Source: Octopus vulgaris
Lineage: Eukaryota
Direction of reading: 5' to 3'
Length of the DNA stretch: 64,000 nt
NCBI GenBank assembly: GCA_951406725.2
Contig: OX597823.1
Coordinates: 92,938,001 to 93,002,000 of the forward strand
This document shows, one piece after another, positions 1 to 12,399 of the stretch. A program made the position numbers and the translations under genes. How positions within the stretch are numbered: the first letter of the stretch is position 1; the number at the start of each line of letters is the position of its first letter. Below the pieces are notes generated by a model, which was not told the origin of the DNA, did no database searches, and was given only the letters and a program-made list of their open reading frames with translations.

Positions 1-399
1 GAGTTTCTTGCCAGTGATGAATATCCTTGACTGATGGAGGCAATTAGAAGAGAAACACGGGGAAGAAGAAAATTCTTACCTGTTAAAGATAAACTGATAA
101 ACTGATCCAAAGTGCTAATCTTAGTGACTTCAATATTAACATAAATTGATATAAGACACATGAAACGATTCTAACTATAAATATGTGAAATACACGATAT
201 TGCTCAGTCTCTGTTGTTCTTCCGTGTTGTTATTTTTATTAGATGATGATATTTCTGTTTTTTAGCATGATTTAGATCGAAGAAGGGTCGTTGTTGTTGC
301 GAAATTCTTCATGAAAGAAGTAGACAAAATAGCCAAACAGTAAACTAAGTCATCTGAATATAACTGTCTTAGAGTAATAGGGCTCAACGTGCCGGTTAC

Positions 400-585
400 C
401 CGAAGTGCATAGCACATAAGTGACCTGTTTCACAACATTCCATCTGAACAGGACACCAATCCTTCGTCGCGTTAATTATTTACATGAAATGCTTTTCTCA
501 ATTACACAACGCCGTATTCGGGAATCGAAACCAGGATCTTGATATCATTAGTGTAGCCCCATCAGCACTAGATCACGCACCTTCA
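400..585 (-). mobile_element. Decayed tRNA-derived SINE
   Basis: Reverse B-box GGGAATCGAAACC at ~520-532 followed by a degenerate tRNA-like head. Confidence 0.5.
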
Positions 586-614
586 GATCTAAAATACTTT
601 CGCTCATTAAATAA

Positions 615-790
615 TGATTTGAATTTTTTGGCATATGACCAGCAACGTCTGGGGACGTTTTAAGTCGATTATATCGGCTCTAATGCTCAGCTGGTACTTA
701 TTATCCCCCGAAGGGATGAAAGGGGAAGCCAACGTCGGCGAAAAGTATACTCAGAACATGAAGACACACGAAATACCAGCTCAACGCCAT
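615..790 (-). mobile_element. SINE family B, decayed copy
   Basis: CTGGTACTTATTATCCCCCGAAGGGATGAAAGGG...CTCAGAAC matches the better copies at 26200-26430 and 33060-33290. Confidence 0.75.
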
Positions 791-2027
791 ATTAGTCATT
801 AAATAATAATTTTTTGTTAACACGTGATGTAAATATTTCTTGCAAGCTTCATAACTGCCTTTAAATATGTGGCAATCTACTTCAATAAAAAAAAAAACAG
901 AAATATTATTATCCAATAAAATTAACAACACGGAAGAAAAACAGAGACTGAGCAATATCGTGTATTCCACATATTTATAGTTAGAATTGTTTCATGTGTC
1001 TTATATAAATTTATGTTAATATTGAAGTCACTAAGATTAGCACTTTGGATCAGTTTATCAGTTTATCTTTAACAAGTAAGAATTTTCTTCTTCCCTGTGT
1101 TTCTCTTCGTCGCCAGTCTCAGAGACCCTCAAATCTCACCCTCTTTAGGATGATCTGTTATTTTTCATTGCTTTATAAATGCACGTGCCCTAAGCATAAT
1201 TGCATTTCACATCATTCCTCTGTTTTATGTTTTCCACTGTTGACTTTAAAGCTTCTTTCATCTTGCGTGCCTTACCAGCGTTCTTACTACATGCATAACA
1301 TATGTATATTTATACGCGATAATATCATATCAATTTGAAACATGCTATTTTAAAGATAACGTATTCGGACTAGTATCTGTCTGTCTGTCTATCTATCAGG
1401 CCGATTGTATCACTGAGTTTTACTTAATTTAAGTATCACTTATTGAATGGCAACCTCTAAAGTTATCATTGCATATCCATGACACGCATTTTACGGAAAC
1501 ATTTGCCTTGGATTGTGATGTAATCATGAGCCTAATATCGAGGAATTCGTTGCGTATATGTTTGTAGCTGTTTCTACATAATTTGCTTGCAACATATATT
1601 CGTTCCCTATTCAAATATAAAACGATAACCGATTTAATTGTCACTGTGTATTTAATCAATAATGAAAGAAATAACATTTTTCTCTAAAGAACCAGCAAAT
1701 AAATTAATATTTTATCCATTTCAGTTCATGATGACATTCAACAAATATTGAAATATACTGTCATCATTTGTTTCCGTTTTAGGGTGAATAACACCTTCAA
1801 AGAACTGTAATGGCGACTGGATGTTGTTAAAATAGTTTTAGTTTTAATAGCGAAAGCAATTAAATTCTGAAGTGTCAAATAAATATGATAATTTCCACTC
1901 ACAAATTCAATTACATGCATATATATATACACATGCATACGCATACAGGTAAGCATATATGTATATCTATATATGCTCTGTCTTTGTGTGTGTGTGTATG
2001 TATGTGTGTAAGTGGTGCGCTTATATG

Positions 2028-2089
<62 letters not shown>

Positions 2090-2574
2090 GTATACATGCG
2101 TGTTTCAGTGTGTGCGGACATTTCATGTGTCTGCATGAGTGTTGTGTGTATTGAGTGTCGACAGAGAAAATGAGATAGAGAGAGAGAGAGTGAAAGAGAA
2201 AGAGATAGATTCGTGGAAACAGAGATAGATGCAGTGAAAGAGAAAGGCGAATAGATATATTAGTTAAACGTGTATACCCACACTTATATATCATGTTCAT
2301 AATGTTTTTCTTCAATTTCAATATTCAGTAACATACTTTCATTAAACATCATTAATACGTGATTCGACAATCAAATTTCGTCTGTGTATCATGTATAAAT
2401 TTATGTGTATTCGTCTACCTAAATACGTATCGTTTGTGATTGTCGATATGTATGAACTTAAGCGACAGGGATATTGTAGATTTCAGCATTTTAAGAAGGA
2501 AATCAATAATTATACTTTTATTGTACAAAATATCCATATTTTCACTCTCACATCATAGATTTTGTCTGTCGCAT

Positions 2575-2785
2575 AATTCTGGTTTCAAATATTTGAACAA
2601 AGCTAAGATGTCTGGAGGAGGTCAATTACATCGATCCCACTGTTCAAATTGTACTTATTTTATCGATCCCGAAATGATGGAAGCTAAGTCAACCACAGTG
2701 TGTTTGAACGCAGACCATAAAGAGGGACGACCTACTGCAAACCACTGTAGTCAGCGTGCGAACGACGTTGGCGCTCGCTGCCTTA
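2575..2785 (-). mobile_element. SINE family B, decayed copy
   Basis: GTACTTATTTTATCGATCCCGAAATGATGGAAGCTAAGTCAACC...TTTGAACGCAGA core and B-box. Confidence 0.7.
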
Positions 2786-3039
2786 AATCTTTATCGTACA
2801 AAATATCCATATTTTCACTATTGCATCATTGATTTTGGCTGCCGCATAAAGTTAGATTCTTGCAAATAACGACCATAATTTATCTCTCTTAAATATAACT
2901 GACTTTTTCGCGTTTCCAGCCCCTCGACAGCCAGACCACACTACTAGCACCCTCACCCCTACTAACTATCACAAACATAGACCTCGTTCTGAATCAAATT
3001 CAAAGCAACTGTATTTCACAAATAAAACTTAAACTAATG

Positions 3040-3164
3040 AACACAATATTTTGTTGATATTACATAAATCACCGCCCAATTCTCGCCCCACTTTTCTTCA
3101 ATGCCTCTCTTAGAACTTTCCACCGCCCGTGAGGGTACAATACTGCCCACTTTGTGAACCACTG
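3040..3164. mobile_element. hAT (Charlie-like) transposon terminus
   Basis: Ends in ...CTGCCCACTTTGTGAACCACTG; the reverse complement CAGTGGTTCACAAAGTGGGC is a typical hAT-Charlie TIR start; partner end not found. Confidence 0.5.
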
Positions 3165-3323
3165 CTTTACACATACATATGGATTCAGTGCTTTCACTTG
3201 ATCACTGTCTAACATATTTGCCGATCAAGTTTGAGCATACTTTAAGAGCATAGCATAGCGTACAATACTAACACACATATATGTAAACACATACACACAC
3301 ATACATACCTACTGACATATACA

Positions 3324-3483
<160 letters not shown>

Positions 3484-3740
3484 ACGGGAAGCTTTATGAA
3501 AATAAACAAAAGACGAAGGCAGGTGGAAAACAAACGAACAATTGTATTAGTATGGCGCTCAGGAAATATAAATAAAACAAGTCTTTAACGTTTCGAGCCT
3601 ACGCTCTTCAACAGAAAGATACACAGAGAGAGAAAAACACAGAAAGAAGGAGAGAAAGAAATGCGTGCAGTAGCTAACGAATCAACATGGCGATCTGATT
3701 TCGGCCAGAGGTCAAAGATCAAATATGAGACGCGAGAGCG
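3484..3740 (-). mobile_element. Dispersed non-coding repeat carrying a hammerhead-like motif (probable Penelope-like terminal repeat); related copies 11810-11920 (-) and 22900-23050 (+)
   Basis: AACAAAAGACGAAGRCAGGTGG...TGTATTAGTAT..CGCTCAGGAA...ACGTTTCGAGCC is shared with 11810-11920; minus strand reads TCTTT CTGTTGA A GAGC GTAG GCTC GAAA CGTT AAAGA. Confidence 0.6.
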
Positions 3741-3756
3741 AATATATACATATATA

Positions 3757-4292
3757 GGCGCAGGAGTGGCTGTGTGGTAAGTAGCTTGCTTACCAACTAA
3801 CCAACCAACCAACCACATGGTTCCGGGTTCAGTCCTACTGCGTGGCACCTTGGGCAAGTATCTTCTACTGTAGCCTCGGGCCGACCAAAACCTTGTGAGT
3901 GGATTTGGTAGAGGGGAAACTGAAAGAAGCCCGTCGTGTATATATATATATATATAATAATAAATATAAGAGAGTGGTCACTATGTGGCTCACTCTAGCA
4001 CTAGTAAATCCATATATATATATATATGTGTGTGTGTTTGTGTGTGTGTGTATGTGCGTGTGTGCGTTTGTATGTGTTTGTGTGTGTGCGCGTCTGTATT
4101 TGTCCCTCACTATCACTTGACAACTAACTTTGGTGTGTTCACATCCTCGAAACTAAGCGGTTCGACAAAAGAGACCGATAGAATAACTACTAGGCTTACA
4201 AAAAATAAGTCCTGGGGTCGATTTCTTCGACTAAAAGCAGTGCTTCAGCATGGCCGAAGTAAAATCACTCCAACAAATAAAAGAATAAAAGA
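3757..4292 (+). mobile_element. SINE family A (tRNA head, CORE-like segment, internal microsatellite, conserved tail), near full length
   Basis: A-box TGGCTGTGTGGTAAG, B-box GGTTCAGTCC, CORE-like CCTTGGGCAAGT, tail ...CGATAGAATAACTACTAGG...CAGCATGGCCG...AAAAGAATAAAAGA; about 15 copies in the window. Confidence 0.92.
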
Positions 4293-4559
4293 AAAAATGT
4301 ACATATATATGAGTATGCGAGTATGTATAGAATTTGATATTAATATTAATATAATTTTATTGCCTCAAACGTAGTGCTAAGCGTAAAAAAATACGGTCAA
4401 AAGTTTTCTGGTATTCAATATAGCTACATATGATGGGTATACGTAAATTAGCGTTTCTATAAATCCATCAGTATGGACAATTTAGGATACTATTGGTTTT
4501 GTTCCAAACACATATCATGACATTCCTAAACGCACCCGTATAACTTTTGCGAAGGTAAT

Positions 4560-5032
4560 TGGTACTCTGACTGTGTAGTGATTGGGCAAGTACAAGCGTA
4601 CTGTATCATTTTATATAGCTTGGCATGAAAAAACAGAGATCAGGGAAATGTATTTGTAGACGTCATTGAAAAGCATGCAACATTGGTATCGCACCAAGCT
4701 AGTTTGTTGTGAAGGAAAACCGAGTCAAATTTAAATATATTTCAGGTGGCACTCACGGCAATTAGTTATCTATCTGTTAAAAATGCTAATGATTTTTTTT
4801 AGAGAATCTATGCATATTAGATTATAGGAAAAACAATTATAATTAATGGGCTATTTACTATTGAAATATTTAAATGTTTTTCTATATTTATGTGAACAAT
4901 TGAAAGTAACTTTTTTTCTACAATTCAATACTAGTAACACAGAATTAACGCTATAATACATTTCCGGAAGTAAAAATCACATTTAAAATTATCGGCACTG
5001 TAAGATGGTGCTTAAATAATAATGGACCACTG
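4560..5032 (+). mobile_element. Possible Tc1-like transposon 3' remnant
   Basis: Weak C-terminal-like peptide AWHEKTEIREM..KSM and end ...AATGGACCACTG followed by TA (reverse CAGTGG TIR). Confidence 0.35.
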
Positions 5033-5076
5033 TATATCATACTTAATTATCCTGTCTTTTTAATCACATTCATTTA

Positions 5077-5169
5077 CTAATTGTCGTGACATAGAATTTC
5101 TATGTTTCTGATTGTCGTGACGTGGAATTTATATCTTTCTAATTGTCGTGACGTAGAATTTCTCTGTTT
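5077..5169. repeat. 31-bp minisatellite, 3 copies
   Basis: CTAATTGTCGTGACRTRGAATTTMTMTSTTT units at 5077, 5108 and 5139. Confidence 0.92.
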
Positions 5170-5769
5170 AGTTTTTATTCTTTCTTTATCTTCTGACACC
5201 ATCAAAACTTAAATACTAAAATGGCTTTTCTTTGAATAGTATACTTCTTCTAAATGTACATTTTGTATGCGTCCATCTATTAGCGATATTTTCTTCGTCC
5301 ACTTGGAATTTAAGCCAGTTTTGGTTGCCTCGATAACGCTCTGTTAACATATATTTTCGGATATATTAGACGGATATTTTATACTTTTTTTCTCTATCAA
5401 AATATACTCACACAAGAGAAACGATTGTTGGCTGTGTTGGTAATGTATGGTGTAATCAGCAACACTGGTTTCCAGAGTAATTGAAGCAAACAAAAACAGT
5501 TGTTCAAGCTTAATTCTGACGTGCTGATTTCAGATATTCAATGAGTTTTCACTCATCATCTCTAATATTTGAGATATACATTATTATGATTTTGCAACAA
5601 TTCACGTGACCATATATATATGGTCAATTTTTATTGTTTCCAGATTTTTGTGATACATATCATAAATGGCTTCAGGCACTTCAGAACACCGAGGATGCAT
5701 CAACAAGGCAAATACATTCATTAATATACATAGACCTAAAAAAACTACGCAAACGACATCGGACCCCTA

Positions 5770-6112
5770 TAAAAGGAAATGAGGAGAGGCAGTGCATTCA
5801 ACGTGCTGGCCACGAGGTTGGCCCTTGTCTATCACCTCAATGCCAAATACGAAGGATGCATTGTTAGATCTAAGATAAGCACAATGGGACAAGACGGAAT
5901 CAATACCGCCCGATGTGTCCGGGTGGCAGAGTTTCAACAAAATAATGATGCAACCATAGTGTCTTTGGTAATCAGCAGGGGCGATCAATAAACGAACCAG
6001 ATGAAATATGTAATGGCTTTCACCAGCATTTCGCTCAGCTTTCTTGGACGAGGGGCATGACAGGGCGCCGGATGAACTCCACGGACTTTCTCGCCGGCAT
6101 GCCGCGACTCTC
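5770..6112 (+). pseudogene. L1/Tx1-clade LINE ORF2 fragment (endonuclease-RT linker), frameshifted
   Basis: HLNAKYEGCIVRSKISTMGQDG...ATIVSLV / QQGRSINEPDEICNGFHQHFAQL...DFLAGMPRLS follows the L1/Tx1 linker pattern. Confidence 0.7.
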
Positions 6113-6189
6113 AGGCCTGGAAGCTTCTAAGAAAGGATCCAAACAAGGGATGCAGATGGTACCCCGTCGAATGACTTACACTGATATAT

Positions 6190-7572
6190 TATATAACCTC
6201 CTTAGCTAACCTGCCATATCTCTCAACTTTTATTTTTTCCTTTTCGAATACTTTGTTGTCAGCTGGGCATGGTATATCTATGATCCAGCATAGTTTGCTC
6301 TCTTTCTCAATTAAGATTATATCTGGTTTCCTATTCTCTATCTCATGGTCGCACTTAGTCATAAAATGCCATCGGATCTTTGCATTATCCTTTTCGATGA
6401 TGGCTTCGGGTTTATATTCGTACGTTTTTTTTGGTCTATGAAATCCATACTTTTTTCAGTGTGTCGAAAGGACAATCCTTGCTATATTGTCATGACGTCT
6501 CTTATTTTCATTCTGGACTAGTGGCGTATATTGACTAGTAATGTGCCATACGGTTTCACCATTTTGTTCACAAATTCTGCTCTGAACACTTTCTGATATG
6601 TTGTCGATTTTGTATTTGATATAATTCGTTCTTAATGATTGATCTAGAGCAGCACAGATTAGGTCCTCCTTTTCTGGTTTTAAATCACTTTTAGACATCA
6701 AGAGCCATCAAGAGCCATCTTTTTTCCTTGTCTGTCTTATCTTCAACATCTCTATGAAAGTATCCATGCACTCGTTTCTGTATCTACCTATTTTCAGTGT
6801 CATTCATTCTCAAGTTCTTGTACAGCGCTTTATCTTTTCAATCTTTCATCCTACACAAGCCTGACCTTCTTACTTCCAATAATAGCCGTGGCATTCTTTA
6901 TATACCATGCTATGTTGTTTTCTGCTGCTCTAATGCTGTGTTCGCATCCAATAAGTCCTCTTCCTCATATTTTTCTTGGTAATGCAGTCTATCTGTGTCA
7001 CGTTTTGGGTGGAGTGACCCATATCTAGTCAGCAACTTCCTTATCTTTTTGTCGAAGTTGTATAGTTCGTCCTGTCTATGCGATTAACCCTTCTCCGTAC
7101 CTAAGGGGTAAAAGAACCCAGGTGTTGAAAGCTTCAATCTTATTCCACCCGTTTAATTTCGACTTAAGGATCAGTCTCAGTTTGCGCAAGTACCCACCTT
7201 ACATTTTTCTGTTATTTCTTCCATCAGTTTCTCCATTTCCCAAATCCCCAAGTACTTATAGCCCGTCTCTTCTATCTGCTTCATAACCTCTCCGACCGTA
7301 TCGCTAGCCCGTCCACACATTTGACTTTGCCTCTCTTTAAGTCTAACACGCCACGCTTTTTTAGTCTGAACTCCATTCTGATATCAGCACTGAAAGTATA
7401 CACCGTATCAACAAGGGAACTGACTTGGGATTCATCTTTACCATAAAGTTTGAGGTCATCCATGAATAACAAATGGTTAAGTTACTTTTCCTCCGCTTGC
7501 AGTCTATATGTACAGTTTTGTCTATCAGGAGTTGATCCTTGGTACATCTGCATTTACGCTTGCAACCCTTAT
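6190..7572 (-). pseudogene. R4/Dong-clade non-LTR retrotransposon relic (RT, CCHC-like region, restriction-like endonuclease)
   Basis: [31 protein letters not shown]...DIRMEF, LKPEKEDLICAALDQSLRTNY...RIC..NGETVWHITS...RRHDNIARIV, and KPDIILIEKESKLCWIIDIPCP; many stops and frameshifts. Confidence 0.93.
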
Positions 7573-7750
7573 GATATGTGTATTTACATAGTTCATGTCA
7601 TTTCGGATAATCCGTTGCCTGTACTTGTAGCCAGGATTCCCCATATGCTGGATGCTGGCGTTGTTGGTGCCGTAAACGTCACATTGGGGATGGTGCCGCT
7701 AGGGATGGTGAAGGCTGGCTGTAGGTCGGGAGCAATGGTCGTTTAACTGG

Positions 7751-7806
<56 letters not shown>
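7573..7806 (-). repeat. ~190-bp segment plus (GTA)n, duplicated in inverted orientation at ~12400-12587
   Basis: Reverse complement GCTCCCGACCTACAGC...CACCATCCCCAATGTGACGTTTACGGCACCAACAACG...GGCTACAAGTACAGGCAACGGATTATCC...AAATACACATATC is found at 12430-12587. Confidence 0.92.
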
Positions 7807-9694
7807 AGTATATGAAGGGATTGCCAAGATCGTTAAAAGTTCAAATACAACATATTTTGCCGGATTCCTTGCAATTCCGTCCGTTCAGAGTTCAAATACA
7901 ACATGTTCAGCTTATTGCTTAACTGTGTGTACTTGATTCCTCAATCTCAATAGCACTGAGTGACAGAAAGTAGAATTCTATGTATGTAAACAGCGACAAA
8001 CTTAACCATTTCTTTTGGGAAATGTTCATCTGTCTTCTACTCGACCGGCGTCTTTCGCCACCATCTTGTTTCCGGATGCTTCCGCAGTCCACTTTGCCAA
8101 GTAATATGTTCCTGTCATGAAAATTTCATTATGCACTTTCTGCTGGATTTAAAAGTAAATAATTGAACCCAATATACGTACTTGGCAGAGGGCTTCCTGA
8201 TCATTTTAGGGGCAGGTTCTTGACGGTATTGTATAATTTAGAGGCATTGTGAAGTATAAAAGAAATACGGGTAGAATGCATCGTTAAATAGAAAGTGTTA
8301 TTATAAAATTCTAATCTGAATGGAGATCAACATTATCGAAGAATTAATTTAATGTGAACAACTTGATATTCACTCTTTGACAGTAATTAGCGCTCCTGGA
8401 GCACAAAATTTCAAGAAACGTAGCCTTGCTTATTTCAAAACCACACATTCGTGTATAATTGTCTAATTAGAAATTTGAGTTTTATTGATTGTTCCAATAT
8501 CAATGTATCAAATGTAAAATTGTTGGTTTATACTGTTTCTTTTTTATGATTGCCTTGTATTGGGAGTTGAGTCAGCATTAAAAATTAGAAATTAGATACT
8601 GGTACATCCAAAATGTCTCTGATATATGGAGGCAGTATTTAACTTAAATCGCCATCCATTTAGCATATTTAATACATACATATATTATGTGAGTGTCTGT
8701 ATGTATACATCTATGAGTGTGTGTGTGTATACATTAAGTATGATTCACAAATGCCTATTTTAGTTTCATGTTGCCTCTACGGTGTGCAGCTGATTTTAAT
8801 CAGCTGGGCAGCTATACGCAGCATCACCGAACGCCGTATTTAGGAACTCGTATATCAGAGACGCCGTACGGACGATTTCCCCACCCCACTTTCTCTCTCT
8901 CTCTCTCTCTCATTCGCTCACTCTCTCTCTCTTTCTCTCTGATATTGTGTCCTTAAATACAGGAAGGCTATAAGACATATCTCATGAAAAATACAACTGT
9001 AACGGACCGTTCGACAATGTGCATACATTAAATATGATACCCAGCTGGTTATGGAATTTAATATCTAATATGTTGGTATGTTGATTCTCAGACACAGGGA
9101 AAGACGTTTTGTATTTCAGTGTGTAAAGCCGCGGCAGAATGTATAAATCTGTTGTACAGTGCGCAGGATTGTGGCTTTGACTTGACATCAGTGGTATAGT
9201 GTGTAACTGGATCCCACCACTCCATTATATTGGTGACGTTCAAAGATTAACCAGTTCCTAATTTTAGATGTTCTTTTGAATGTGTATGATTTTAAACACA
9301 TCTGCTTTTTATATTTCATTAAATTTTACACATGCCCATGACAATGTTTTAAACCTCCCTCGTGGTACCATTTTCTTGTATCGTTGCAGCCATCTGTAAC
9401 ACATTTTATATGTAGATCTCGTCATAAAAAAATGATTAGCAAGATAGATTGGAAAGCGAGATTAGAAAGAGATTACTGATGCAGATAAACACAAGTCTTC
9501 AGACTGCCTTGGATTTCTTTTATAGCCACTCTTGATGCCGAGTGTTCACTTTGTGTACTAGGATAGAAAAATAAGGATCCATTGATTAGTCTAAGGCCTA
9601 GAAATTGGAAACGTGTGTTGTGAGTAGAACGCAAGTGTCTGACTTGAGGCGATATGAGCTTGGAGAAATATTTTAAAAAAAAAACACGTATATT

Positions 9695-10228
9695 TTACTC
9701 GTTTTAGTCATTAGACTACGACCATGATATGGTACCGCCCAGAAAATTTATTAGTCGAATGAATCGACCCTGTACTTGAATAGTATAAAGCCTGGTACGT
9801 ATTCTATTGGTCTCTTTTGCCGAAACACTACGATTCCAGGGACGTGGAGGAATCAAAAAGTGTTCAGTTGTATATTTAAGAGATGAGGAATTATGTACAT
9901 TATTTATATTATTTACATTTGATAGATAGTTATCCTAATCTTGTTTGTTGTTGACACAATCCTTCGGTTGATATACCCTCCAGCCTTCATCAGGTGTCTT
10001 GATGAAGGCTGGAGGGTATATCACCCGAAGCAAACAATGTAAATAATGTCAAAAAGGGTTGTCAAGCAGTTTTAGGTATAAAAATACATACTACCAGCTT
10101 CTTTCAATTACTATTTACCAAATCCACTCACAATGCTTCAGTTGGTGCGATATTATTGTAGAAGACACTTGCCCAAATGCATGTGGTTGGAAAGCAACTT
10201 TCTTGCAATACAGCTACGCCTGCGCCTA
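9695..10228 (-). mobile_element. SINE family A copy interrupted by a palindromic insert at ~9862-10050
   Basis: Tail motifs at 9695-9860; head motifs CAAATCCACTCACAA...GTAGAAGACACTTGCCCAA...GCCTGCGCCTA at 10085-10228. Confidence 0.8.
9962..10030. repeat. 31-bp-arm palindrome made of two divergent hammerhead-like units
   Basis: CTTCGGTTGATATACCCTCCAGCCTTCATCA-GGTGTCT-TGATGAAGGCTGGAGGGTATATCACCCGAAG with one mismatch. Confidence 0.93.
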
Positions 10229-10854
10229 TAATGTTCACTATTGTTGTGTAAATGCAGATTCCCTAATTAAAATATAGGTCTCTGGCTGTTAGACGAACCC
10301 GAGAACAGTTCGATTAGTTTTCAAGCGGTTTTGTTGTATCTTACTCGCCTTGAGATAGACCAATAGGCTTACTGAACATTTACACAGAATCCAAATTTTA
10401 GCAGCGCTGATATTAGTAATCTGTACATCGGTAAATCTAGTGACAGATAATATCAATTAATAGATAAAGTAGCTGTAAATTAACACACTTTCCGGCGATT
10501 TTGCACATTTGCATATAGGCATATATATTGGCAGTGTCGATATGACTGATTAGCATATCGTTATCTTCACTGACAGTTCTTGTTAATTAATAACTCACAT
10601 AGTTATTAATTAATACAGTCCACCATTGAATGTACTGGTACACAAATGTATAAAATGTTTCCTTGCTGGTCGTTGCTTTTTTGTAAGAAGGACGATGCTT
10701 GCTGTCTGTATAAAATATATAAGTTGACATTCCTTGTGGGGAGGCATTAACTAATCGAATTTAAGTTACGATTTCTCTTATTCTTCCTGCAGAGAAAGCG
10801 AAGAGCGTCAGATAATGAAATTGGAAAAGAACGAAGCTGAATAATTTTTTTGTC

Positions 10855-11015
10855 GCTGGCTTCAGTCATTGGACTGCGTCCATTCTGGGACGCAGCCTTC
10901 AATGGTTTAGTCCAACACCTCAACATCGGTACTTATTTATAAGTTTGGGACTTATTCTATGAGGTATTCTGTTGTAGGGTCACTACGTTGCCGGGATGTA
11001 AACCAACCAACACCA
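10855..11015 (-). mobile_element. SINE family A tail fragment
   Basis: TTCAGTCATTGGACTGCG...GACTTATTCTAT...GTAAACCAACCAACACC. Confidence 0.7.
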
Positions 11016-11017
11016 AC

Positions 11018-11560
11018 CACAATGGTCAACAAAATTAAATGTATTAAACTCATAAGGAATTCAAACCAACTTATTTTAGAGCAATTTTTCATACCGATTT
11101 CAAAATTGCACTCCATTTGTATGCAACACGTATCAGTTTTTCAGTAGATACACTTAAATATTTACATATGTATATTTATAAAATCATTAACGTAATAAAT
11201 AAGGACATATTTTTAGAAAGTAAAAGAGTTTATTGAGTTAAAAATCCTCACGATCATTCTACAAAGAATGAATACACACAAAATTGGGTCAGCCAAAACA
11301 GACAAAGTTAGGACAAAAGAGTTAGAAATATTGTTATTTGGATTTCCTGCGGTGTTCCTGATCTGGTTGATCATGGTAAAGTGTCCAGCAGTAGTCAATC
11401 TGCATACTGTCCTTTCAAAAACCTTTGTACCGTTCCTCCATAGCACTAATGTCCTGGAGAGATCATTCACCATCCTCATCAGAAACTGCTCCAAGGTTAT
11501 CTGCAAAGAAATACGGAAGAGAGTCCAAGGAGTGAACTTTCAGTAACAGGCAACATTGCC
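11018..11560 (-). pseudogene. Chapaev3-like (CMC superfamily) DNA transposon 3' end with decayed transposase C-terminus
   Basis: Minus-strand LKVH..FFADNLGAVSDEDGE*SLQDISAMEERYKG...DYCWTLYHDQPDQEHRRKSK* resembles the NLGAVSDEQGERFHQDI..MERRYQG..DYCW signature; CAC..GGTCAACAAAA-like terminus near 11018. Confidence 0.75.
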
Positions 11561-11631
11561 TTCAGTTCATCTTTGGTGTTACAGGGAGTTTTGTTGGTCT
11601 TTCGCTCAACTGCGGCCCACACAAAATAATC

Positions 11632-11685
11632 AAGACAAGGTAGAAAATGCTAAAATAATTATTTTAAAATGTTCTACCTTGTCTT
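11632..11685. repeat. 54-bp imperfect palindrome formed from the head of a repeat also present at ~54708
   Basis: AAGACAAGGTAGAA-AATGC-TAAAATAA|TTATTTTA-AAATG-TTCTACCTTGTCTT; CAAGGTAGAAAATGCTAAAATAATT recurs at 54710. Confidence 0.85.
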
Positions 11686-11691
11686 ATTTCG

Positions 11692-11812
<121 letters not shown>

Positions 11813-12008
11813 CGTGTTTACGAACAAAAACAAAAGACGAAGACAGGTGGGGTACAAAACTAACAGATGTATTAGTATAACGCTCAGGAATAGAAAAAAG
11901 TATTTTACGTTTCGAGCCCTTCTATGTATATATATATATATATATTTGTATATAAATATATATATATGCATACATAAATACATATATATATATATATACA
12001 AACATCTA

Positions 12009-12039
<31 letters not shown>

Positions 12040-12041
12040 CG

Positions 12042-12124
<83 letters not shown>

Positions 12125-12399
12125 CATACACATATATATTTATCTAATTAGCCATTTTCTTTTTCTCTCCATTTCTAGGACGGTGTCTAGCCCTGTTCTC
12201 TACCATAACCGTATTCGCTGCCACAACATCCTCCTTCACGAATACTACCTATCGTGACGTGGAATATTTAGTGTTGATAACCATCTGCTAATTTGTGCAA
12301 GACCGTGCACCTCAAACGCCATCACTCATTGTTACCACGAAACTTAACACCATCACCGACAACTTCTGCTGCTGCTACTAATACTACGACAACTACTAC

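Larger units (their letters stand above)
47..1108. repeat. Long inverted repeat pair (arms ~47-263 and ~892-1108) enclosing SINE remnants; foldback/MITE-like
   Basis: GAAGAGAAACAC...TTAAAGATAAACTGATAAACTGATCCAAAGTGCTAATCTTAGTGACTTCAATATTAACATAAATT... at 47-263 is the reverse complement of 892-1108 with scattered mismatches. Confidence 0.9.

Noticed and set aside
3757-3850. tRNA genes at SINE heads
   Set aside because: A and B boxes are present but there is no complete cloverleaf, and each continues into SINE body sequence.
10750-10840. Strong splice acceptor followed by RKRRASDNEIGKERS* (similar isolated acceptor near 59510 and donor near 13168)
   Set aside because: These are isolated signals with no homology or partner sites and are expected by chance in 64 kb.
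11213-11546. ORFs of 97 aa (-) and 92 aa (+) as host genes
   Set aside because: They are off-frame and antisense readings of the Chapaev3-like transposase relic.
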